A stretch of DNA of 64,000 nucleotides from Owenia fusiformis (taxonomy: Eukaryota): contig CAIIXF020000001.1 of NCBI GenBank assembly GCA_903813345.2, forward strand, positions 47,616,001 through 47,680,000, in the 5' to 3' direction. Under the pieces are notes generated by a model. That model was given only the letters and a program-made list of their open reading frames with translations. It ran no database searches and was not told the DNA's origin. Below are positions 26,561 to 39,681 of the stretch, one piece after another. Position 1 is the stretch's first letter, and each line of letters opens with the position of its first letter. Position numbers and translations under genes: made by a program.

Positions 26561-28206
26561 CCCGGGAAAATTCGATTTACAGCGTCAATAATTGATATCA
26601 TGCAACCATTCAAACTAATACATAAAGAAGAGATTACAGGGTAAAAATTGATCACTCAATGTTTGAGAGATGGAAAAGATAAAGGTCAGTACGTGCGTCA
26701 TATTTTTGGCTGGTCATTTTTGGATTATCCAAGTGGTTATATTGTATCATTCACCCATGTCTGTCATGGTGAACGGAGTTGATTTGTGTTTGTGCTCATC
26801 CTCCATTTTTGTGTTTTCATCTGCGCAGTGATGATGAGCAGACGTTTCCAAGGGTAATAGAAGTTGCAATGAGCGGGCAATAGTTCAAATGTATATTCCC
26901 TCAAATGTACATTTGAGGGAATATAACTTTCGAAGGGAAATAGTAAATCTATTTCGGAACACGTGACTAGGCATTGACCAATCAGGATATATTTGGTTTA
27001 TAATAATATGTTCTAAGTCCTCAAGCATTACATAGTTTGTCACGTGTGCTATTATGTGAAAAGCATTGTTCGGAATTTTCTAAATTTATGTTGAATTATG
27101 GTACTCACACCTCATGTTGATTTTAAATTGGGACAAAATGTGACCTATTTTAAAAAATAATCATTTTTGTGTGTATCATATATAATACTCATAAGAATGT
27201 TTATGAAATATACATTTCCAAATAAAAGATATCTAAAGAAATTAAGCAATTGTGTAAATCAACTGCCAGAAATAAGTAGAAACAAAGATCTTGATATTTT
27301 CTCGTAACCTCTTTTTTGGAAAAGCCACGTGACTATACATGACTATTTAGGTCCCCAGGAATTTAAAAATCGCCATTATAATGTATGCAATGATTGAAAT
27401 GAGGCATGATTTCTCTGAATGAACTATTCAATTCAATTCAATTCTTCCTGAGAATACGACCCTCACAGTCATGTTTGGCTGATTTCACAATGTAATCTCA
27501 GTCAAAGGTGGACATAAAACATACTGTTAAGTAGATACGTGGTTAATATCATATCCTTTTCTTATTTTCTGAATTTAAATCACTTACAAACATTCTGAAA
27601 TCAACTTTATGTCTATATGTCTATTTTCTCCTTGGTACACAGAGTTGGGGTGTGGGTAGATTTTCATTCCGGTCAATTTTACTATCTGTGCCAGTGCTCG
27701 TGTCTGAAAGATAGATCAGCTTGGTTAAGTAACACCCAGAAAATGATTAGAAAACATGTTACAAACCATGAATATGATAATAAATAAATAAATAAGAAAA
27801 TTAAAAAATTTTACTTTTCCGCTTGTGTCATTTAAATTTGAACGAAGCTTGAATCACTATTGAGACAATTTGTAATTGAACTACATTTTGACCAGATAAT
27901 CAAAACCTGATAACACAATCAAGATATGCAGTCACTTACATGGCAAGATTTTTCTGGTTAAGAAAGAAATACATGTGCTGTACATGTAGCCTTTATTTTT
28001 TATCATAAATTCAGCTGTACTCCTCCATTCAAAACAATGTTTTATTCCTGGGGTTGTGAATGAAAAGTTAAATGTGAATTTTGTGAAATTCATGATATTT
28101 CTTGATAAAAGAAATCAACAAAGAGTGCTGTATATACGTACAATGTAAATGAAGTTAATCTCATACTATTTATTGATCTCAATATACAAATATTTTATAC
28201 TTTTAG

Positions 28207-31200
28207 ATGACATCAAGTTGGCTTACAGAAAACTGGCATTACAGCTCCATCCTGATAAGGTAAACTTAACACAATTATTGACCTCTCCACGCCTCCAGTT
28301 TACCATGTTACAACTTTTTCTGAAAAATGTTTTTAGGAGAGAGATATTATTTTCTGAAATTACCTTTTAGAGACTCTGAAGAATTATATTTCCAAAAAGT
28401 TATAAATCAAAGTATGAGTTGAGATGTAGAATCATAATTTACGTAATTTACACAAAGAATTTACACCATACCATTCCCCCATACTGAAGCCTGTATTTCT
28501 TTAAAAGGAATACAGGCTACAGTGAAGTTGCAAATGAAGGACGTTTGTTTAATTTCCATATTTCTGAAGGTATACTAGGTTTTACAAATATGGCAAGTGT
28601 TCTACATATACAGATTAGATTGTAGATTCATCGAGCAGTTTACCACTTGTATTATTACCAGAAAGCCCTATATACAAAGAAAGAGAAAACCTGCTCCATT
28701 TGCAACTTCACTGTAGCCTGTATCCCTTTTAAACTTGGACACATGGTAGGGATTAGGAACACTGGAAAAAGATCAGAGACATTGTTATGTTATTTGAGAC
28801 TAATATAAAATATTAATTTATTTTTTACAATGAAATAATTTATTGTAGAATCTAGATGATGATGGAGCTACAGAGAAGTTCCAGAAGTTGAGTGAGGCTT
28901 ACCAGTATCTCATGAAAGGTAAATGAAATCCTTTATTCTTGCCTAAATATAAATAGAGAACATGTAAAGGTAGTGCCATATAGTCCAGTAGAAATTAAAG
29001 AATGTAAAAGAACATTCTCAGATAGTACAAGTTGAATTCTAATGTCAAAATAAATTGAAGGATTGGACCCTCAAAACTCTCATTATAAGTAGTTATGTTA
29101 CCATCTTGCAAACGATGGAAAAGGTTTGTAATGTACTAAAGGGTTAAAAGGGGATTAGTTTATAGCCTAATAACACATTTTTGTTGCCAATCTTCAAATC
29201 CTAAGAAGCTTCAAAACTTGAAATCCCTGTGTTAAAATGGATGAAATGATCTCTTACTGCCCTCATCAGAGGAGCTGCAGCAAGGGAAAACCAAAATGTC
29301 CTTCGAACTCTCCCTGACCTTGAAGTCATTGGAATTTCAATAAACACTTAAAATGTCTAGTCTAAAATGGACAGCGAATTCTTATTGGACTTATTCTTAA
29401 ATTTTCATATAATTATGTTGTCAGCTTGAAAGTCAAATACAGCAAAGATGTTACTTCATGATAGTCTACATGGATTATATTTGCTTTCCTCTAGGGGAGG
29501 TGTCTGATGACGAAGATGGATTTGACTTCACCAGCTGTTTTGACAATGATGACGATGATGATGATTTTGTAAGTTTAGGTATCTTAAACACCGTCTCATC
29601 ATTTAGTTTGTTAATCAATAATCATTTTTGTTTCATTGTTTAATTTATTTTCTTAACAAACAGATTTTATTGATATTAGTATATATTGCCCTTCAATCAA
29701 TCAACCAGTCATATGTACACATGTACATTGACATATTATATAAATAGAAAAAGCATAGAATGAATCAATTCATTCTCAGGTGAAAGTACCCCATTTAAAA
29801 ATTCAATTCAATCATAAATGTATTGTCACCTTTTCATTTCAGTTCCGATTCCGAGATCTGCTGAATTTATTGAGAAGTAAGTATGATTGAGTTTAACTAT
29901 CACGCCTAACCATCGACAAGGTACAGTCACGTGACAGGGACAAAATATACCGTAGTACACTTTTGATGTACTATGTCATTTCCGCCATTTTAGATCGCCA
30001 TTTTCTAGAATGAGGAAGCGAGGAAAGAACTAGCATTGATTTGATCAATATTGTGTCAGTTCATCATCGGGTAGTTGTTGCATTCGATTTGTAATTAAGT
30101 TGCAAATATGCATATCTACCTCAAATGATCCTCAGCAACTTCAATATCTTGTTATAGATCTACCCAGTACGTCAGGGATCTCTAAATCTTGACTGAATTT
30201 CGCAAAATTCTCTCTAATTTTTGTTTTGCTATGCAAATAACAGCCAAACTATGACTAACACAACTTAGGATAAGTATACAAATATACATCCAGAGTTAAT
30301 GCAAAATCGCTTTTTACTTTGGATTGTCAACTCAAATGTATGTTGTCACATTGGCCTTACAGATCTCAATTCACAATAGGCATATCAGATATATTTACTC
30401 TTATATTTTTTCCGTTAATCCATAAAATTGTCATTGATATGATTGAATTTCAATGTTACTATTTCTTTTTTGTGTTCCATAACCTGGCTTTTGAACTTCT
30501 GCACTTTCCAGATATACAGAGTGTCCCAAAGTATGCCCCCCCCCACCTAGGCAGACATATACCAATTTCTCCATAGTATGTGTCATACACACCGACTATT
30601 GTTTTGGTGTAAAACTGACTTTAATTTTGACCAAACACTAACTTTTGAAATTCCTGTAACTTTTTTCCATTTGTGAGTTGAACCATGATACTCGGCAAAT
30701 TAATGTAACTTTGGATGAGCTTTAAAATGATATATGACACATACTATGGAGACATTGGTATATGTCTGCCTAGGGGGCCCATACTTTCGGGACACCCTGT
30801 AGCATAAATGTTGAAAGTCATCTTGGATTAGCTAGTATATATAGATCTCTCCATGAACTCCTTAAGATTATTAAAATTCATAAAAGTGCAACTAAACATA
30901 ACGTAACGTACCGACGCCGAGTGATCAAAGAGGTCGGAAGATAACACGCCATGGTCACATATTAATCACCATATTAACACTTTCATAAAATAAAATAGCA
31001 TTCAACGAAAAAATCACTTTTACGTGTTTATCTGTACTAGGGATACAGGAGCATGTTCGTTGAACATCACTTGTTACGCATAAAACCCTTTTGCATTTTG
31101 AAATTGAATCATTGCAATGTTTAATATTATAACTCATGAATTTCAATTACAGGGACAACATACACTGTGAGTTGACAACGTACATTTCTGATTTTTTAAA

Positions 31201-34200
31201 TTATACCAAATGCATGAATATTTATTAAATCTTCACCCGTCTTAAACTATGTAGTTTAGAGAAACACATTCTCATAAATATATTCGACACTCTGAGATGT
31301 CAGGGGAGAAAATTATCAAAGGAAATGTGTAAAAAACAACCGAACAATTGTATGGGTAGACTTACAACGAAAAAAATCGAGCACTGCTCGAAGATCTTTT
31401 AAGGTAATTAGAAAAATAAATGTCTTTGAAATCGAATACACGCGAAATCAAACATGAAATCCTTTATGTATTCCTCTAATTTATTTTTGAAAACCTGCAT
31501 CAAACCTACATCATAGTCCTTGCTTAAAATAAGTTAATAGTGACATATTACATCAAAAGTGTACTACGGCATATTTTGTCACTGTCACGTGACTGTACCT
31601 AAATAAAAGTTTCAAAGGGGATTAAGAATTTAAAACCACATTTGTAATTTTGTGATATCATCATATCACTTTGATGAATGAACATAACAGATTGTTTCTC
31701 CTCGTATCAAGTTTATTGGGCTTTGGTAAAGAAAAGAAGGGATGGCAATGGCATTGACAATGGTCAAACAAATACAATGAGGTCAGGATTGGAAATGAAA
31801 CAATTACAATGTTCTCAATATGCACAACTGACCGATGATAATTATTTCAGCAGCTTTCATAATTGCTCATTCTGTCGCGAAAACATGGAAGTTCAGAGCA
31901 TCAAATTTATTCATGACTACTATTGATTCATGTTCTATTCATGATTATAGCTCGTATTATCCGGACACCATTTGGTATCTATGTGGTAAGAGATGATGAT
32001 GACTGCGATTGTTTTGACTGCACATTTCGGCGTTTCATGCATGAGGGAAATTTCAACAGACACAGAGGGACCAGACCTGGCGCTAGTAGCAATTTGTTCT
32101 CTAACTTTGAGAAGCCACCAAGTTTCTATGATGAATCCAACCAAGTAGAGGAAAAACGAAGGAAAAAAGCTGAGAAGAGGAGGCAGAAGAAGCAAAACAA
32201 AAGAAATGCAGGTAGAAAACAATTTATCTAAATGTCTCCACCAAGAAATTTATACACATTGTTTTTGTCACCATATTTGTGACCAGCATAAAAAACGAAA
32301 TCAAGTAGAATAAAAGATCGATAACATAAACATTCTACTTTTGCATTGAATATATATTCTTTCTGCGAATTCAACATTATCTGAATAATATGCTGTCTGT
32401 ACATTTTTACATGAAAGAATACATGTATGCAATGAAGGAATCTGAATAAATTTACGAAAAATGTTTTTCGTTTCAGTCATTCTTGAAGTGTGCATGAAAA
32501 AATATGAGCAAATCTTTTTTAATGAATAACTCTGTTCCCAACCTTGATCAGAGTCATGGACCACCTGGATCGAAACCCGACTCAATTGAGTATTTTTGAA
32601 ACTCGTCTCTACCCTAAAATAACCTTATACTTGCAACCAGTAAACTAGATACATTTATGTTGAATTTGTCCCTTTTATACCATATTTTATGTCGCTGAAA
32701 TAGTTGATTGCAAAGATCTCTCTCTTTCAGATCAGAATCAAAACAGCCGTGATGACATTAACTACACTGATGACATTGGTGTTCCTAGATCTGGCAATGA
32801 TGAGAAGGCCAAACACACACCATCCTTTTACACCACACAGAAACAGAAAGAAGATGAAAGGGAGAAGGAAAATGCTACTCCTCCCAGATATTCTTCTAAA
32901 CAGACAGACAGCTCTAAGGTAAGCATTTTAAATGAAACATTTTAATTGTACTTCAATTGTTTTTCTTTACAATATATGGGTCATAACACAAATGCTATTA
33001 GCATCTGTTTGAATAAATCATAACTTTAAGTACATGTACATAAATGATGTTATATTAATCCTATTCAAAGTTTTTTTAAAATATCTTATTGGTTTGATAT
33101 ATCGTTGTCATATTGCATGGTCAGCATTTGTGCTTGATTACCCGAAATTGCAATTTAGTAATCATTTGCAATTAAGTCAGGTTTTGAGATTTTGTCATGT
33201 TTATGTCTTGTGTTATGAAATGTAATTAGTAGTGTTTCTAATAACATCTTGATGGGCATTTGTTCTAGGGAACCACCTCAACTTCTGGTAAACAACAACC
33301 ACAGGCAGCACCAGCTGGTAAGAAGCCACTAACAAAGAAGCAAAGATTAGCAGAGCAGAGGAAGAAAGAGAAGGTACATTAATCTGTAATTTGACTAAAC
33401 CATTTAATAGCTTAGCCTTTGTAATGTGATCATTAAGTTCATGCGAGTGTTCCAAAATGCAGTTTTGAAATTAAAGCCTCACTATGAGTATTTTCAACAT
33501 CAAAATAAAGATTTGCTTTTGAATTTCTTAGTATTTCCAATGGATTGACAAGTACTTTATCTTTCATTGGACATCAAAAAGAGCTCAAACGGGTCACATC
33601 AAAGTAAAATAAATTATTAAAAATATTTTTGATCTGTCAAGTTTTTATACATCAAGTTTTTACCAATGTCAGTGAAAGGTGGCGAAGTTGTTTGTAGTAC
33701 ATGATTCATTCATTTTTATAGAAGTGTCGCCACCTTTTAAATCGAAGAGTTATTTAAAAACATGCAAGTTGTCAAAAATTGCATGCACTACGAAAGATCT
33801 CTGAACTTCAAATGCTGTTTTCTCTGTGATTTAGTTTTTTCTTGGTTCAATATTAATGCAAATCAAGCTTTGTATCATATTTGATTGAGTTTGTAACTAA
33901 CATGTTAAATGATTATTTTATTAAATGAAATTATAGGAGGCAGCAGAGATAACTGAGCAGCTAAAGAGAGATCAGGAGGAGAAGCAAAGGAAAGAGGACG
34001 AAAGAAAGGAAAAAGAGAGGAGAAAAGAGGAGGAACTTAGGTCCATGAAAAAGTAAGGTTTCATTGTATTGACATACTGTATTTCTTTATCAAAAAAAAC
34101 AAGACCTTCACTTCTTTGTTAGCTATTTCGCATTAAAAATCAGCTTGAACTGGAAGATTCTTGAGAAAAATGAGAAGAAATATGAAATTCAGAAAATGTT

Positions 34201-37200
34201 GTTTGAAAATGTTCAGAAAATAACTAAAAAATAGATTTATGATCATGACATATCCCCACACAAGACAACTTCCTCAAGTTGGATGTTACATATGTCAATG
34301 ATTACACTAGCTATGATAACTTACCATAAACCTATTGCTAAAATACATATGAGCTTTATTGTTAAGCTGTGCAGAATGAATCATAATGTCAGTCAGTTAT
34401 AGAGGAAAAATGCTGTCACTGCAATCTGATGTGATGTAGTATTTCTGTTTTTGTTGTTTCAAAGGATTTCATTCAAAGAGTGTAGATGCTCTTATAAGAG
34501 TGTAGGAGCTCATTTAAAGAACACAATTAATTTCTTGAAAAGGGGAGTAATAATTGATAACTGAGATAATGTTTTGTTATAGGAACGTCTACATACCTGT
34601 TGTGAGTAGCTCTAAACTAACGGAAACTGAGGCACGTAGCAGGATTAACCAAGAGAAAGAGAAAGGTAAGAGATATCATTGTAAAATATACCTGGAGTAA
34701 TATTCTAGTATCTGGAGATGTATATTAATAAGCCTAATGAAAATACCATTGATTCTGCATTACTTTGCATTGAATGGTTAAGAATAATACTAACAATTAC
34801 ATTTTAAAGATGTTTAAAATATAACCAAGATTCCTTTAAATTTGACAAATGGGAGCTCAAGTGTCATTACTTGTTGATCACCCTGCATTTTGGTTAACAT
34901 TGCTAGTTAAAGAGAATCTCTTATTTCAGATGCAGAGGACAGTGAGAGTGACTCAAGTCCTAGTAACCATGGCAACACTGTCAAGGATACTCCATCTGTA
35001 GAGCCTGCCTCAGCCAAGGTGAGGCAACCCAAGGTGAAGGCTGCTCCTACACTCTCAGCACCAAAAGTCAACAACACCAATGCTTCTAGAATCAACAAGG
35101 ATATTGAGTTGGGTACAGGATCAAGATTTGCAACATTGGCAGACCTTGAGGGCCTAGAGAACATAAGCCAAAAAACAAATAAAAAACCAAAGAAAAAAGG
35201 TATTAGGGGGAATAAATATTTTTAGCATTGCATTCTAACAACTTACTACTTAGTACTTGCATATATGTGTCAGTGCTCTCTCATTTCTAAATTAGTTTTT
35301 GGGGGAATTTTAGATTATAAAGGATTCAGAAGTCTGTAGCTACGGTTCTATTGTCAATGTGGCCGTATCCTAACCTTTCATTGGTTGAACATTACATCTA
35401 CTGGTATATGGATTTTCTTTTATTTGACCCAGAAAAATATGAATTATATACGTCTTAATGTATATTTCTCTGTCTAACTAAAATATGTTATGACTAGTAT
35501 TTACAATTGGTCATTTTTTTACAGCGCAACCAAACCATCAACCTATGCAAACCAAGGTTCAGGCAATGCAGTATCAGAATACACAACATAGACAGCCTAG
35601 TAATATACCACCCCGGCTACAAAAGACACAGGCACACTATTCAAATGTATATCAACCACAGTCTGAGTCACTCAGACCTAGCAATATTCCGTCCAATACT
35701 GACCAGCATACATACAATGCTTATACTGTCCAGGAAGACACTACCCGACATGCTACAGAAAACATGTGGGCTTCAAGACCGCAGTCATATCGTAGCTATG
35801 AACCGACCAATGAAAATGAGGAGGAGGAAATGATTCGTCTTGCCATGGAGCTTAGTCTGCAACAGGAGCAAGAGAAGAAACTGCAAGAAAAGAAACTGCA
35901 GGAGGAAAAACTGCTGATGAAAAAACAACAGGAGCTGAGACAGGCTGAGCAAAAACTGCAAGAGAAACAGAAAAATCGACCAGGTTTTGCTCAACACAGT
36001 TTACCCCCACAAATACATCCATTTAGTGACTCTCCATCCTACGACAAACCCCACTCAGATGATAAGCCACATACATCTTACGCTGCATTCAAAGAAAATA
36101 ATGCATTGATAGATGACAGCTCCACTGAGAAGAATCAACTTAAGGATGTTTTCAAACAGAACTATCAATCCCCATTCCAAAGCTCAAAACTTAGTTCCCT
36201 TGGACCCCATATCACTGACAACGCACCACTTAACACAGTGTATAGCACAGGTTGTCAGAATATTGAAGATATTAACTCTGATAGTGATGAGTCTTGTGAC
36301 CTTGATGACCTTGACTCGGCCAGTGATGATGGTAATACAGCTGATTTGTATGCAAAGCCTTCTATTATACCTACTGTTATACCCCCAATAATACCTACCA
36401 ATATACCAAAAGCTAGTGGAAACAGTGGAAGTGACAATATCAGAAACTTTTTCCGTGATGGCATCCAGATGACAGACACTAATCAGGGAGATAGCGATAG
36501 AGGAATTGGTGAGCAGTTGCTCTCTGGTCCTGGCTTTTTGGGCAACCAAATAGGTGAACATAAATCATCAAGCAAAGAGATAAATGAAAATGCATGTGAA
36601 CCAATGCCAAGTAGTCACAAACAGATGCCATTATTTACAGGGGATGCTGATTCCCCTTCACACAATCCAGCTGATTCCCCTGTTCAAAATCCAAAGGGAC
36701 CTGATGACCCTGTTCAGATTTCAATCAGACCAAATGCCCCTGTTCCCAATTTTGGACATACAGAACCTAGACTGCAGTCTAAAGTTCCTGTTCATCAAAT
36801 GACAAATATTATTAACCAAAGTAGAAATCAACAACCACAAAATTTTGGCTATAGCAGACCTAAATCACCCCTTCAGAATGTTGGATATCAGAGGCCTAAT
36901 TCACCCCTCCAGAATGTTGGATATCAGAGGCCTAAGTCACCTCTCCAGAATGTTGGATATCAGAGGCCAAATTCACCTCTCCAGAATGTTGGATATCAGA
37001 GGCCTAATTCACCCCTCCAGAATATTGTATATCAGAGGCCAAATTCACCTCTCCAGAATATTGGATATCAGAGGCCTAATTCGCCCCTCCAAAATGTAGG
37101 ATATAAAAGGCCTAATTCACCCCACCAAAATATGGGATATCAACAGCACTCATCAACTCAAAATATGGGACAATTGCCTGCTAATCCCCCATATGACATG

Positions 37201-37539
37201 GGATACCAGCAATCACAATTTGGACACAAGCTTGGTAGGCAGCATGATACAGGAAACCAACAAAACATGGGAAATCAGCATAATATGGGAAGCTTCCGTA
37301 ATATGGAAAGCTCACATGGCCAGGGAACCCTTTGGCAACAGTATATGGGAAATCGTCAGTATGCACCATTCAAGCAGTCATCATTCCCAAACCAAAACAT
37401 GCGCTATCAGCAGCCATATTGGCAGAAAGGCCAGCAAGCAAACTGGGGGTCACAAAACAATACGAGTAATATGCAATATGGGCCGTCACCTAACCCCACA
37501 GGGAGGAACTATAAGATGCCACCACCTGGCTTTTTATGA
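28207..37539 (+). CDS. J-domain (DnaJ/Hsp40 class C) protein, ~1090 codons identified, with coiled coils, UIM, 12-aa repeats and Q/N/G/Y-rich tail; first exon(s) unresolved
   Basis: Exons 28207-28259 (DDIKLAYRKLALQLHPDK), 28849-28918 (NLDDDGATEKFQKLSEAYQYL), 29495-29568, 29843-29876, 31951-32211, 32731-32918, 33269-33373, 33937-34052, 34583-34665, 34930-35199 and 35525-37539. All introns are GT-AG and phase-consistent. The HPD motif is intact. Confidence 0.85.
28505..28728. mobile_element. MITE flanked by TTAA (Kolobok-like)
   Basis: ttaa|aaggaatacaggctacagtgaagttgcaaatg ... catttgcaacttcactgtagcctgtatccctt|ttaa. Confidence 0.7.
29919..31600. mobile_element. Non-autonomous TIR element (~1.7 kb) in a DnaJ intron
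   Basis: ~52-bp TIR aggtacagtcacgtgacagggacaaaatataccgtagtacacttttgatgta and its reverse complement at ~31548-31600. The TA|CAGT...ACTG|TA core suggests Tc1/mariner. Confidence 0.8.
30517..30799. mobile_element. Tc1/mariner-like MITE nested in the previous element
   Basis: TA|cagagtgtccc...ctaggcagacatataccaat / attggtatatgtctgcctag...gggacaccctg|TA. Confidence 0.8.
36847..37134 (+). repeat. Coding 36-bp tandem repeat, 8 copies (GYQRP[NK]SPLQNV)
   Basis: Directly visible in both the DNA and the 664-aa ORF translation. Confidence 0.95.
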
Positions 37540-38159
37540 ACACGTGAAACTTTATGATATGAATAATGATACATTCAGAGCCATTTAAGCACATTAATCT
37601 CATGATAAACATAATGGCTAAAGTAAATAGACTGACGTACTGGGGACTGGCTGACCAGGGGACCATTAATAAAAACTTTATAGGGTTATCCATTATCAGA
37701 ATTTCTAAACCAATTGTAACAATGGATATTGTGACGTCATACTAAGAGACCAATTCATTATAGTATAGTTTCTATTTCTATTAATGAACCCCAGTAATAT
37801 GCAGATAAGCAATAAGTCCATTGCCCATACCAGTTTTGCCAAACTGTTGCCAGGAGCAAATCCTCATTGGCACTTATGCCACTATGAGTTTTGTTTCAAA
37901 TCATGACAGTCAGATACTAGAGGTTGTATACTGGTGTATATAGGCAGCCGACTATAAATAAAATTATTTTGATAAAAAAATCATTTCTCCAAATAAAAGG
38001 CATTAAAAAGATGGAGGGGTACCTATTATTTATTTATTTTTATTTGCAGAATTGGATTATGGCCTCACCAGCCTGCTTTTTAATGTTATAACATATATTT
38101 TTTGACAATCATTTGCCAATTTATTTCAATAGAAAGTTATTTGCGCTATATTAATAGAC

Positions 38160-38612
38160 TAGATGCGAGTAGATATATTCTTGATTTACGTCATTAAATC
38201 TTCAAAATCCAGTCATCAGGCCATTGTGATGCCATATTTAAAATTTACAAGTAAAAGTTCATCTACAAAAATGGTTTCGAAAATTATTATTTTTTTGAAA
38301 ATGTGACTTCTACTTGGGGGAGATTCTTCATAGACCCCATGTTATAAAATCACAAAAAGTTAAATATCTTTTCTTGTATTGGACAGATACTATTTTCTTT
38401 TACTTGACATATTTTAATTTGCATAACTATTAGATACATAAGGGTGATATGAAAATTGAACCGCTAGAACTGATGAATATTTAAGTTAAAGCATGGGCTT
38501 TCAATTAGTTGAAAGCCCATGGTTAAAGGGAACTTTCTTCTATACCCGCCATGCTATCTGGCCCAAATGAGTCACCTGGTGGTGAAACTAGTAACTACCT
38601 ATTCGCATCTGA
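38160..38612. mobile_element. Dispersed MITE family (second copy ~61308-61696)
   Basis: Termini agatgcgagtag / ctattcgcatct. Internal blocks (gttataaaatcaca, taactattagatacataaggg, cctggt.gtgaaact.gtaactac) are shared with the copy at 61.3-61.7 kb. Confidence 0.7.
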
Positions 38613-39498
38613 GTCATTTGAATGCTCTTTTATGTAGCTGATTCGTATTGTTTATCTATTGTATATACTTATGCTTTTTTGGTATAGGTTATTTTCCAAC
38701 AAGCACACATGCTTATTAAAAGTGGTGATTACTAAGTTATTTTTAAGGTATTGGCAATATTGAATATGCTTATAGTTAAGATTATCCTATATGAAATATC
38801 AGGATATTGTAATTGTTCTAAGTGTGCGAGCAAAGGAAGGAATATACATGTAATGTGAATGTTTCCAAAAAGATAAATGTATGACATTTAAAAAAATTGT
38901 GAAATCCAGTCTTTTAAAACATTTAATTTACATCACTACATTTGTAGTTATAGGAATAATGTATGAATAAAAAGCAATAAAATTATCAAAATGGTATATA
39001 TACACAATTATGTTTTTTGAAAAAACTACAGTTTGGCGTCTATAACAGAAGACCTCGGTTATTTAACGTGTCCAATGCAGGAGATTTAACACCAAGAACA
39101 AATTGACCTGTTGAAGATAAGTTCACCGGCTACCACAGGGGGCCGTATTGGCACTCCCTGAACAGCATCAATACGCACTGGAGCTTCAGTACCCTGAAGG
39201 TACGTCACGCTATCAATCATACAGACCAACGAGCAAATGTTGCCCACGGAGTTTCCTGAAATATAGATTCATAGTATTGTTTGTATATGCTGTGTAATAG
39301 AAAATATATTTGACCGGGGTAGACTACCAGGAAAAGTATTGCTTACTAAACAGCTTTTACGTTCTGATACGATGATACATTTCCAAATACATTCAATATT
39401 AAATAAAATTGAAGGAATCGTGAGATAGATATTCCTGCAAGTAGATTGAATTGAACTGAATTAAGTTGAATAGAGGTCTCTGTGTCCACATATCTTGG

Positions 39499-39540
39499 CG
39501 AACTCCTATGCAGTGTCTCGGTTTTAGACACGGGAGTTCG
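39499..39540. mobile_element. 42-bp minimal derivative of the 24350-family element
   Basis: cgaactcctatgcagtgtctcggttttagacacgggagttcg flanked by the perfect 9-bp TSD atatcttgg (39490-39498 and 39541-39549). Confidence 0.8.
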
Positions 39541-39681
39541 ATATCTTGGTATTAATTGCATTCTTTAAAAAAAATGTTTTTATCAAGCATTCAAGAGTAA
39601 TCCGAAAATATTTGTATAACTGGAGGATGTTCATCAAAGTTGATAAAAAAGGAGCCATCTCGTAGCAGAGTACACTATAGT

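Noticed and set aside
26670..26853. Candidate first exons for the DnaJ gene (MEKIK|gtcagt at 26670 and a micro-exon near 26829)
   Set aside because: The phases do not match the phase-1 acceptor at 28207 and they do not encode J-domain helix I, so the 5' end is left unresolved.
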